Positions 38,919 to 46,453 of a stretch of DNA of 64,000 nucleotides are shown here, one piece after another. The stretch comes from Elusimicrobiota bacterium (lineage in GTDB: Bacteria; Elusimicrobiota; Elusimicrobia; UBA1565; UBA9628), in the NCBI GenBank assembly GCA_016207665.1, contig JACQPG010000050.1, positions 5,519 to 69,518 of the forward strand. The letters are read 5' to 3'. The notes under the pieces are model-generated. The model worked only from the letters and a program-made list of their open reading frames with translations. It searched no databases and was not told where the DNA came from. Positions within the stretch are counted from its first letter, which is position 1. Every line of letters begins with the position of its first letter. Both the position numbers and the translations under genes were made by a program.

Positions 38919-39941
38919 TCAGCTCATCAGGAAGTGGAACGTGACGGTTCCCCAGGTCGCCGGATTGTCCGGCCGAGCCGGGATGGATTCGAATTTCCAT
39001 TTCTTGAGCGCCTCGAGGGCCAGTTGATCGATCTCGGGAAAGCCCGAGGTCTTGCGTATCACCGCGCCGAGCTTGACCGATCCATCCTCCAAAACTTGGA
39101 ATTTCACCTCGACGGTCAGCTCCAGACCCCGCTTGGAGACCCAATCGGGGCTTTGCGGCAGCACTCGCCGTATCAGACGCCGATTTCCCGCGGGCCCGTC
39201 GATGGACCAGGACAGTCCTCCGCCGTTGGGCCCCAGGCCTCCGCCCGAGGCCTTGCGGTATTTCTGGTCGCGCCCCTCGGCCTCAAGATCGTAGACCGGC
39301 TCGGCGCCGCTTCCCACGCCCTCAAGACCGCCCTTGGCCGGCGCCAGCCCCGGCTCGGCATGGGACACGGAGCCGGTCGGGGCGACGTCCTCATCTGCGT
39401 TCGAGTCGTTGGGCGCGTCAGACAGGACCTCGTCCGGATCGCGCAGGCTGGCTATTTCCTGCTCAAGCAGGGCCTTCTGCCGGACTTTTTCCGCCTTCAT
39501 TTCCGCCAGCCGCTGCGCTCGCTCGGCCCGCTCCTGGGCCAGCCGCAGCGCCTTTTCCCGCGCTTGAGCCGCGCGTTCGGCAGCCAGGGCCTCAGCGCGA
39601 GCCTTGCGCTCCGCAGCCAGAGCCTTGGCTCGGGGATTGGTCTTCTGCTTGTTCTTGGTCTTGATCGGGGTCTTGGGCTTGGCGACGCGCTCCGGTCGAT
39701 AAGCTCCAGGTCCATGCCGGGGAACGCCTTCTCGGCCCTGTCCTCCCGGCATGGGGGCCAGGGTCGGGGTGGGAGGAGGGGCGGCGACGAAATCGACCGA
39801 GACTATGGCGGTTGGAGGCGGCTTATGAGATCCGGCCCAATACAGCGTCGGGTTGGCCGAGAGCACGGCCGTATGGATGAGGCAAGCGGCCATCAACGAG
39901 GCTATATCCCGGGCCCTCTCGCTCCGTCGTAATATTCCCAT
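38919..39941 (-). CDS. TonB/TolA family energy transducer
   Basis: N-terminal TM with His (ACLIHTAVL), Pro-rich and A/E/R-helical spacer, TonB-C fold VKFQVLEDGSV...SGFPEIDQLALEALKKWKF. Confidence 0.85.
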   Translation of the reverse strand: MGILRRSERARDIASLMAACLIHTAVLSANPTLYWAGSHKPPPTAIVSVDFVAAPPPTPTLAPMPGGQGREGVPRHGPGAYRPERVAKPKTPIKTKNKQKTNPRAKALAAERKARAEALAAERAAQAREKALRLAQERAERAQRLAEMKAEKVRQKALLEQEIASLRDPDEVLSDAPNDSNADEDVAPTGSVSHAEPGLAPAKGGLEGVGSGAEPVYDLEAEGRDQKYRKASGGGLGPNGGGLSWSIDGPAGNRRLIRRVLPQSPDWVSKRGLELTVEVKFQVLEDGSVKLGAVIRKTSGFPEIDQLALEALKKWKFESIPARPDNPATWGTVTFHFLMS

Positions 39942-40096
39942 TATTTAATAAGTGTATGGTCCCTCTTTGGAGCGATCAAGCAAAAATTCGGTTATGTTTC
40001 GGTAAAGTGAAATCCGTCGTTCCCGTAACAACTTTTAAACACAGGACTGCTAAAAACTACCGCTGGTGGGTTAAACGAATGACGGAGGACCTTGGG

Positions 40097-40258
40097 ATGA
40101 TCAACGTGCTTGAGCTCAGCCGCCTCTATGAAAACCAGTGGGTTGTCTTGGATCGCAGCCAAAAGGTGCTTGACCATGGCCCGCAGCTTGACAGCCTGTG
40201 GAGCAAATATGGACCCATCGCGGGCAAGATCACTTTCTATTTCGCCTCGGCGACCTGA
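40097..40258 (+). CDS. Small hypothetical protein (DUF5678-like)
   Basis: SD GGAGG 8 nt before ATG; YENQWVVLD...KVLDHG pattern. Confidence 0.55.
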   Translation: MINVLELSRLYENQWVVLDRSQKVLDHGPQLDSLWSKYGPIAGKITFYFASAT

Positions 40259-40648
40259 TCAGCCGCCGGCGAGCTCAGCCGGATAAGGTCCCGACGGCCT
40301 TTCATCGAGGTTGCGAAGGCAGGTCTCGATGATCGCTTCCCATGAGTCGGCCGGCTTGGCGCTGACCGCCGGGGTTCGCGGCCGAGCCAGATGACGGATC
40401 TCCTGGATGAGGGCCTCTGCATCCTCCTCGGCCGCCAAAACCCAGCGTTCGCTCTCCTGCGCCCAGGCCGCGCATTGCTCGCGCCAAAGCCCGCGCAAGC
40501 CGGAGATATCCATGACCCGGGCGGAAAATCCGCGCCGCCATAGCTCCTGCGCCGCTTTCACCGCCTCGGGCAGGAACTTCGGGGAGGCGAAAATAGTGGC
40601 CTGATAATGGCGGGTCGCGTGAGGAGGAGTCCAGGCTGCGGCGGCCAT
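40259..40648 (-). CDS. Stand-alone transketolase C-terminal-like domain protein
   Basis: ATIFAS...EAVKAAQELWRRGFSARVMDISGLR resembles Transketolase_C; TGaTACAAT 6 nt before ATG. Confidence 0.5.
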   Translation of the reverse strand: MAAAAWTPPHATRHYQATIFASPKFLPEAVKAAQELWRRGFSARVMDISGLRGLWREQCAAWAQESERWVLAAEEDAEALIQEIRHLARPRTPAVSAKPADSWEAIIETCLRNLDERPSGPYPAELAGG

Positions 40649-40708
40649 GGCGGGATTGTATCAAAGTTTGGCTCCGGCCATTTTTGCTAAAATCCTGGCC
40701 GGAGCTGG

Positions 40709-41536
40709 ATGACTAACGAGCACGTCGAGACGATTCGAAGGGCCGTTGAACGCATCCGCTCCCAGGCGCCCGGCGCCCCTCCCGATACCGCGGTCATCCT
40801 TGGTTCCGGCCTGGCCGGCGCCATTCCCGAGCTCTCCGCGGCCGTGAGCATCCCCTACGCCGACATTCCCGGCTTTCCTCGCGCCACCGTCGCCGGACAT
40901 GCCGGGAAGCTGGTCGCGGGCCGGCTCAAGAGCGCTCGCGTCGCGTTCATGCAAGGTCGCTTTCATTATTATGAAGGCCATTCCATGGAATCGATCGCCC
41001 TGCCCATTCGAGTACTGGGTTCCTGGGGAGTCAAGACCTTGATCGTCACGGCCGCCGTGGGTTCCATGCGTCCCGCCATCAAGCCCGGACATTTCACCGT
41101 CATCAGCGACCATATCAATCTCATGGGACATAACCCGCTGCGAGGAGGGCACAGCCAGTCTTTCGGCCAGATGTTCCCCGACTTATCCCTCGCTTACGAT
41201 TCCAAGCTCCGTTCGATGGCTCGGCGTGCGCTTAAGGCCCGGAAATTCAGGGTCCATCAAGGCGTATACTTGGCCGTCGGAGGTCCCTCCTACGAGACCC
41301 CCGCGGAGATCGGGGCTTTCCGCACCCTGGGCGGCGATGTGGTGGGCATGTCCGTGGTTCCCGAGGTCATCGTGGCCCGGCAAATGGGCCTGCGCGTGCT
41401 TGCGTTGACCTGGACTTCCAACATGGCTAGCGGGATGGGCGCGGCGGCGCTCAGCCATGCCGAGGTGCTCGCCTTGGGCGAGCGGGTCTCGGTCCGGTTA
41501 AAGGCTGCTCTGGGGGATATTCTGGGGCAGGTGTGA
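40709..41536 (+). CDS. punA: Purine-nucleoside phosphorylase (trimeric, PNP-I)
   Basis: ILGSGL, VAGHAG, QGRFHYYEG, GPSYETPAE, VGMSVVPE. Confidence 0.93.
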   Translation: MTNEHVETIRRAVERIRSQAPGAPPDTAVILGSGLAGAIPELSAAVSIPYADIPGFPRATVAGHAGKLVAGRLKSARVAFMQGRFHYYEGHSMESIALPIRVLGSWGVKTLIVTAAVGSMRPAIKPGHFTVISDHINLMGHNPLRGGHSQSFGQMFPDLSLAYDSKLRSMARRALKARKFRVHQGVYLAVGGPSYETPAEIGAFRTLGGDVVGMSVVPEVIVARQMGLRVLALTWTSNMASGMGAAALSHAEVLALGERVSVRLKAALGDILGQV

Positions 41537-42843
41537 TGGAGATGATCGAGCTTATCGCCAAGAAACGGAGAGGCCTGGCGCATACCCCCGAGGAGATCCG
41601 TTTCATCGCGCGTGGCGCGGGAGAAGGGACCTTGCCCGATTATCAGCTCTCCGCTTGGCTGATGGCCGTCTGTCTGCGTGGCATGAGCCAGGCCGAATCG
41701 GTCGAGATGACTCGGGCGATGGCCGACTCCGGCCAGAAGCTCGACCTCTCCTCGATCCGGTCGGCCAAGGTGGACAAGCATTCCACGGGCGGAGTGGGCG
41801 ACGGGGTATCCCTGGCCTTGGCGCCCTTGGTGGCGGCCGCGGGCGTGGCCGTGCCCATGATGAGCGGCCGCGGGCTCGGACATACCGGGGGCACGCTCGA
41901 CAAGCTGGAGTCGATACCGGGTTTTCGCGTGCGCCTGGACGCCGCGCAGATCAGGACCCAGATTGAAAAAATCGGGGTCTGCCTCTTCGGTCAGAGCGAA
42001 AGCCTGGCGCCCGCGGATCGGCGCCTCTATCACTTGAGGGACGCCACCTCGACCGTGGAGTCCTTGCCTTTGGTCGTGGCGAGCATACTCTCCAAGAAAT
42101 TGGCGGAGGACTTGGATGCCTTGGTGCTCGACGTCAAGACCGGCTCCGGGGCCATATTCCCCGAGCTCTCGCGTTCCGAGGAGTTGGCCAAGGCGCTGTT
42201 GAGAGTCTCCAAGCGCCTGGGCCTTCGCGGCGTCGCCTTGGTGACCGGGATGGACGAGCCCCTGGGTCGCGCGGTGGGAAACGCCTTGGAGATGCGACAG
42301 ACCATCGAGCTGCTGCAAGGCGACAGGCGAGCGGGGGATTTTCTGGAGCTCACACTCGAGCTCGGAAGCTGGATGGTGCATCTCGGCGGCAAGTCCCGGA
42401 CGCCGGCCGAGGCCCGAATCCTCCTGGAGGGTCTTATCCGGGACGGAGTCGCTTTGGCCAAGCTGCGCCAGATCGTCGACCATCAAGGGGGCGATCCCCG
42501 GGTGCTCGACGACCCCGGGCTGCTGCCCAAGGCCGCGGCCTCTCGCGCGCTGTCCAGCCCCCGCTCCGGCTTCCTCTCTCGCCTTGATGCCAGGAAGATC
42601 GGCGAGGCGGCCGTGCTCTTGGGCGCTGGACGCGCTTTTATGGAGCAGGCCATTGATTATGGCGCGGGCATCCTGTTGGAAAAGAAACTAGGAGACCAGG
42701 TGCTCAAAGGCCAGACCGTGGCCACGCTTTACGGGTCCGATGATGATAAACTTCGCCGAGCCGAAGGGATCGTCCTTTCGGCCATGAATATCGTGCCTCG
42801 AGCCCCGAAGCTCAAGCCTCTCATCAGAAAGGTGCTCAAATAA
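41536..42843 (+). CDS. pdp: Pyrimidine-nucleoside/thymidine phosphorylase
   Basis: DKHSTGGVGD, SGRGLGHTGGTLDKLESIPG, LRDATSTV, SILSKK. Confidence 0.94.
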   Translation: MEMIELIAKKRRGLAHTPEEIRFIARGAGEGTLPDYQLSAWLMAVCLRGMSQAESVEMTRAMADSGQKLDLSSIRSAKVDKHSTGGVGDGVSLALAPLVAAAGVAVPMMSGRGLGHTGGTLDKLESIPGFRVRLDAAQIRTQIEKIGVCLFGQSESLAPADRRLYHLRDATSTVESLPLVVASILSKKLAEDLDALVLDVKTGSGAIFPELSRSEELAKALLRVSKRLGLRGVALVTGMDEPLGRAVGNALEMRQTIELLQGDRRAGDFLELTLELGSWMVHLGGKSRTPAEARILLEGLIRDGVALAKLRQIVDHQGGDPRVLDDPGLLPKAAASRALSSPRSGFLSRLDARKIGEAAVLLGAGRAFMEQAIDYGAGILLEKKLGDQVLKGQTVATLYGSDDDKLRRAEGIVLSAMNIVPRAPKLKPLIRKVLK

Positions 42844-42844
42844 T

Positions 42845-43471
42845 ATGCCCTCGAAACTGACGGTCTGCGACCATCCGGTGGTTCAAGACAAGCTTTCCGC
42901 GCTGCGCGATAAGCATACCCGGCCGGACGATTTCCGATTGCTCATGTCCGAGATCAGCGCCCTCATGGCTTATGAAGTGCTCAAAGGCGTGCGCACCAGG
43001 CGCACCATGGTGCAGACCCCGCTGCGCAGCGCCAGCGCCGAATTTCTCGCCCAGCCCATCGCCTGCGTCGCGGTGCTGCGCGCGGGCTTGGGCATGCTCA
43101 CGGGTCTGCTCTCGGTCGTTCCCCGCTGCCGGGTAGGTCATATCGGCCTCTATCGCAACGAGGAGACGCTCAATCCCGTCCGCTATTACGTGCGCCTGCC
43201 CAAGGATCTCGCGGAGTCGTTCGTGATCTTGTGCGATCCGATGCTCGCCACCGGAGGCTCGGCCTGCGAGGCCATCCGCATCCTCAAGACCGACGGAGCC
43301 CGGCAGATCGTCCTCATGTCCGTGCTGGCCTGCCGGGCAGGGGTCAGGCGCGTGCACGAGCTCTTTCCCGAGGTCCCGATCTACGCCGCGGCGGTCGACC
43401 CCCAATTGAACAAGTCGGGGTATATCGTCCCGGGACTGGGCGACGCGGGGGACCGGTTGTTCTGGACCTGA
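42845..43471 (+). CDS. upp: Uracil phosphoribosyltransferase
   Basis: VLRAGLGM, GLYRNEETL, DPMLATGGS, YIVPGLGDAGDR. Confidence 0.96.
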   Translation: MPSKLTVCDHPVVQDKLSALRDKHTRPDDFRLLMSEISALMAYEVLKGVRTRRTMVQTPLRSASAEFLAQPIACVAVLRAGLGMLTGLLSVVPRCRVGHIGLYRNEETLNPVRYYVRLPKDLAESFVILCDPMLATGGSACEAIRILKTDGARQIVLMSVLACRAGVRRVHELFPEVPIYAAAVDPQLNKSGYIVPGLGDAGDRLFWT

Positions 43472-43475
43472 ACCT

Positions 43476-44183
43476 CTAGGACGACGAAGAGGCGAGTTGC
43501 CGCAGCTTGGCCTCGTCGAGTATCAAGAGATCCTTATCCCGCTTGCGCAGCAACGAGCGTTGCTCGAAATCCTTGAGCAATCGCACCGCTGTCTCAAGCG
43601 TCAAGCCGGCCATCTCGGCGAGGTCGCGGCGCTTGAAGCCCGCCACCATGGGATGGGGCTTGCTCGAGCGCATCATGCGCAGGAGGGTGTCCGCAAGCCG
43701 TCCGCGCGCGGGCTTGAAAGCGATGTCCCGAGCCTTGTTCTCCCCTCGGCGCACGTCGCGGGCCAATTCCTTCATGAGCGCCCGGGCCGCCTGGGGAAAA
43801 CGCGAGAGGAAGTCGAAGAAATTCTTCTGATCCACCATGGAGACGGTGCTGGTTTCCAGGGCTTGGGCGGTTCCCATGTAGCTGCCTTCCTCGGAGAGAA
43901 GGGCCACGTGGCCGAGCAGGTCTCCGGGCGACTCGATGCGGGTGATGAGCTCCTGGCCGCTGCGCCCTGACTTGAATATTTTCACCTTACCCGAACACAC
44001 CACGAAGAGGGCCGCGGGCTGGGCGCCCTCATGGAATATCGACTCCCCCGGCTTGAAGCGATTTGCCACCCGCATCTCCTTCCAAACCTGCCGAGCCTCT
44101 GCCGTCCCCAGATAATCGAAGAGGCAATTCTTGCGATGAGGGCACCACTGGCAGTTGGGGGCTTCACGCTTTGAAAAGGGCAT
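43476..44183 (-). CDS. Crp/Fnr family transcriptional regulator with N-terminal Cys cluster
   Basis: CQWCPHRKNC, cNMP-binding fold, HTH LAEMAGLTLETAVRLL. Confidence 0.9.
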   Translation of the reverse strand: MPFSKREAPNCQWCPHRKNCLFDYLGTAEARQVWKEMRVANRFKPGESIFHEGAQPAALFVVCSGKVKIFKSGRSGQELITRIESPGDLLGHVALLSEEGSYMGTAQALETSTVSMVDQKNFFDFLSRFPQAARALMKELARDVRRGENKARDIAFKPARGRLADTLLRMMRSSKPHPMVAGFKRRDLAEMAGLTLETAVRLLKDFEQRSLLRKRDKDLLILDEAKLRQLASSSS

Positions 44184-44222
44184 AGCTTGAGGATCAAAAT
44201 ATCATTTTGCCGGCCGAGGCGG

Positions 44223-44783
44223 CTACTCGCCCGACAAAAGACGCTTCAGGGAGCGCCAAAGAGAGGAGGCCGATAATCCCAGGTTGCGGAAGAACTCCAC
44301 GGCGCCTACCCCCAGTCCGCCTAAGAGCCCGATGAGAAAACCTACGGCGGCGCCAAGGGCCGCTCCCGCGTCGTCGCCTCCCTTTCCGCCATCGCGGACC
44401 AGGTTAAAGCCCCAGGCGGCGGCTCTCGGAATGGCGATGGCCAGGGTTCCCGGAACCGATATCAAGGCGCGATAGAGCCGGATGATAAAACCATCATCGT
44501 GCTGGCCGTGAATATGGTCCATTCCTGGGAAATCAGCCACGATATGCTCGAGCCAATTGTCGCCCTGCCGCATGGAAAGCGGCAACTCGGGCTCGGAGAC
44601 CGGCACGGGTCTGGGACCGGTCAGATCGGGGACGCCTCCCGCGGGAGCCTGGACGGGCAAGGCCTCGGCCGGCTGGTTCAGATCGAAATCCCTGGAGGCC
44701 GCGCTCCATGCCGACTCATCCGAGGGTGGTTCGGCGCCGAGAAGAGGCGCGGCAAGGCAGAGAAGGAGAAGGCGCAAGATCAT
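44223..44783 (-). CDS. Hypothetical exported/membrane protein
   Basis: Signal peptide, Gly-rich hydrophobic C-terminus, ATGA-coupled to upstream gene. Confidence 0.65.
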   Translation of the reverse strand: MILRLLLLCLAAPLLGAEPPSDESAWSAASRDFDLNQPAEALPVQAPAGGVPDLTGPRPVPVSEPELPLSMRQGDNWLEHIVADFPGMDHIHGQHDDGFIIRLYRALISVPGTLAIAIPRAAAWGFNLVRDGGKGGDDAGAALGAAVGFLIGLLGGLGVGAVEFFRNLGLSASSLWRSLKRLLSGE

Positions 44784-46069
44784 CGCGACACCCTCCGCCG
44801 GTAGGTCGGAGAACGCGGAGTTCGAGGGATCTCCTGTCCCGGGCTGTCCAGTTCCGACAGCAGGAATTTGAATCGCCGCGGGCCTCCGTCCGGCTCGAAA
44901 TAGTGGCGCGCGGCCACGCTCGCGATGATCTCATCCCCGATGGCGCCCTCGAGCGAACCGGCCTCGATGGCCACGTCCAACACCTCGACCGCTTTGCCGG
45001 CCCTGTTCGTGAAGTGGAGAGTCCAGCTTCCATTACCGGAAGGCCGAGCGATCGCGTTCAGGCCGTGAGGGAAGAAGAGCGCTTGGTCGACCGAGCCTAT
45101 GCGCACGGCCCGATAGGCGGGTCCTCCGAAAGAATCATGGGGCCGATCCGCCGGGAAATCGCCGAAGGAATCATGGATGATGAAATAAGCGCTCTCGGCC
45201 CACTCCGATTCATCGCGGTTGCGCGAGCAATCAAAGGGACCCTGTCCCGGCTTAAGGCAAAAGTAGCCGATGGCTGCCGTAGTGTGCGACCCGGTCAGCC
45301 GAGGATTCTTTTGATCCTCGAGTTGCACGTAAGCGATGCCCCATTTCTCTAGGCCCCGGACCAGGAGCTCAGCCTTATCCTGGGACGTTTTCCCCTCCAG
45401 GAAACGATTGGTAAAGAGTTGCACGTAACGGCCTTCCATCACGTCGTCGGGATGAAACGCCAGTTTCTCCCCCGTCACGGGATCCACCGCCACGTAGGGT
45501 CGATCCTCGATGAGAAGCTCGGCGAATCCCCTTGGCTGGATCGGGACCGAGATTCGCCTGACCGGATCCATGGTGAAAAGGCGGGGAACGAGCAGGTAGT
45601 ACGGGTCCTGGCGCTGCGCCCTCCGGAAATATTCCAGCTCTATGAGCCGCGGGTTCAACCCGCGCTCCTCGCGCCCATTATTGGCGTTGCGATAGAGCGG
45701 TAGCTCGCGGCCCAACTGCAACGCCCACCAATCATAAACCGTGCTTGCGCCGAAGGAGAGGCAGGTATAAGGCACATAATCCGATCCTGGGGTGTAGACC
45801 CATTCGGGCATCTTATGCCGCCGATTCGCGTTTCCGGACCTGATCGCCTCGTTGATCTCCTCCAGGCGCTCCAAGGTGAGTCCTTGGTTCTTGTGAAAGA
45901 GCTGTTCGTAGCCCTTGATCAGCACATGCTCCATCCCGGCCAGCGCCTCCAGGTCCAGGCCGAAGCGAGGCGCGGGGGCGTCATCGTGGCGCTCGGGATG
46001 GAGTACTCGGGGGGCGCTATGGGACAGCGTCGCGAGAAAGGCCGCAGCGATCAGGACGGCGAGCGTCAT
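44780..46069 (-). CDS. Secreted hypothetical protein, putative papain-like cysteine peptidase
   Basis: Signal peptide; YTCLSFGA, GSHTTAAIGY, YFIIHDSFG motifs. Confidence 0.6.
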   Translation of the reverse strand: MTLAVLIAAAFLATLSHSAPRVLHPERHDDAPAPRFGLDLEALAGMEHVLIKGYEQLFHKNQGLTLERLEEINEAIRSGNANRRHKMPEWVYTPGSDYVPYTCLSFGASTVYDWWALQLGRELPLYRNANNGREERGLNPRLIELEYFRRAQRQDPYYLLVPRLFTMDPVRRISVPIQPRGFAELLIEDRPYVAVDPVTGEKLAFHPDDVMEGRYVQLFTNRFLEGKTSQDKAELLVRGLEKWGIAYVQLEDQKNPRLTGSHTTAAIGYFCLKPGQGPFDCSRNRDESEWAESAYFIIHDSFGDFPADRPHDSFGGPAYRAVRIGSVDQALFFPHGLNAIARPSGNGSWTLHFTNRAGKAVEVLDVAIEAGSLEGAIGDEIIASVAARHYFEPDGGPRRFKFLLSELDSPGQEIPRTPRSPTYRRRVSR

Positions 46070-46145
46070 CCGGCAATTCTAGGATTTCGCAGCCATCCAG
46101 GCATGGGACCTTGAGGTAAGGCGGGCCAAGGCAAAGGGCCCACGG

Positions 46146-46396
46146 TTATCGTATCACCGCCAGGACTCCGCGCGCCCGCCGGCCCAGCCCGTCGGTTCCC
46201 AGATAGAGATAGAGTCCCGAGGCCACTTTCTGACCCGCGTCGTTGTTGAGGTCCCAGCCGTCTTCGGCGGGGATGGTGCGCACCCAGCGGCCAGGCCCGT
46301 GATCCTGATCGGGGCCGAGCCATGGCGATCGGCGCGCCAGGGGTTGGGGAAAGCCAATACGGTTAAGCAGAGCACTGTCCATAATGAGGCGCGCAT
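46146..46396 (-). pseudogene. Frameshifted signal peptide + T9SS-CTD/FlgD-like C-terminal domain
   Basis: Frame A gives MRASLWTVLCLTVLAFPNPWRADRH..IRITGL; frame B gives GRWVRTI...WDLNNDAGQKVASGLYLY...GVLAVIR*. Confidence 0.6.
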
Positions 46397-46453
46397 GGAT
46401 TGGACCGTAGCAGTTCCGAGATTGACTTCCCGCGCCGGCTCTGTTAGATAATT

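Noticed and set aside
40040..40062. preQ1-I riboswitch-like CTAAAAACTA tail
   Set aside because: The required upstream P1 stem-loop consensus is absent and the downstream gene is unrelated to queuosine.
44186..44200. FNR box upstream of the Crp/Fnr gene (TTGAGGATCAA)
   Set aside because: Half-site spacing does not fit TTGAT-N4-ATCAA.
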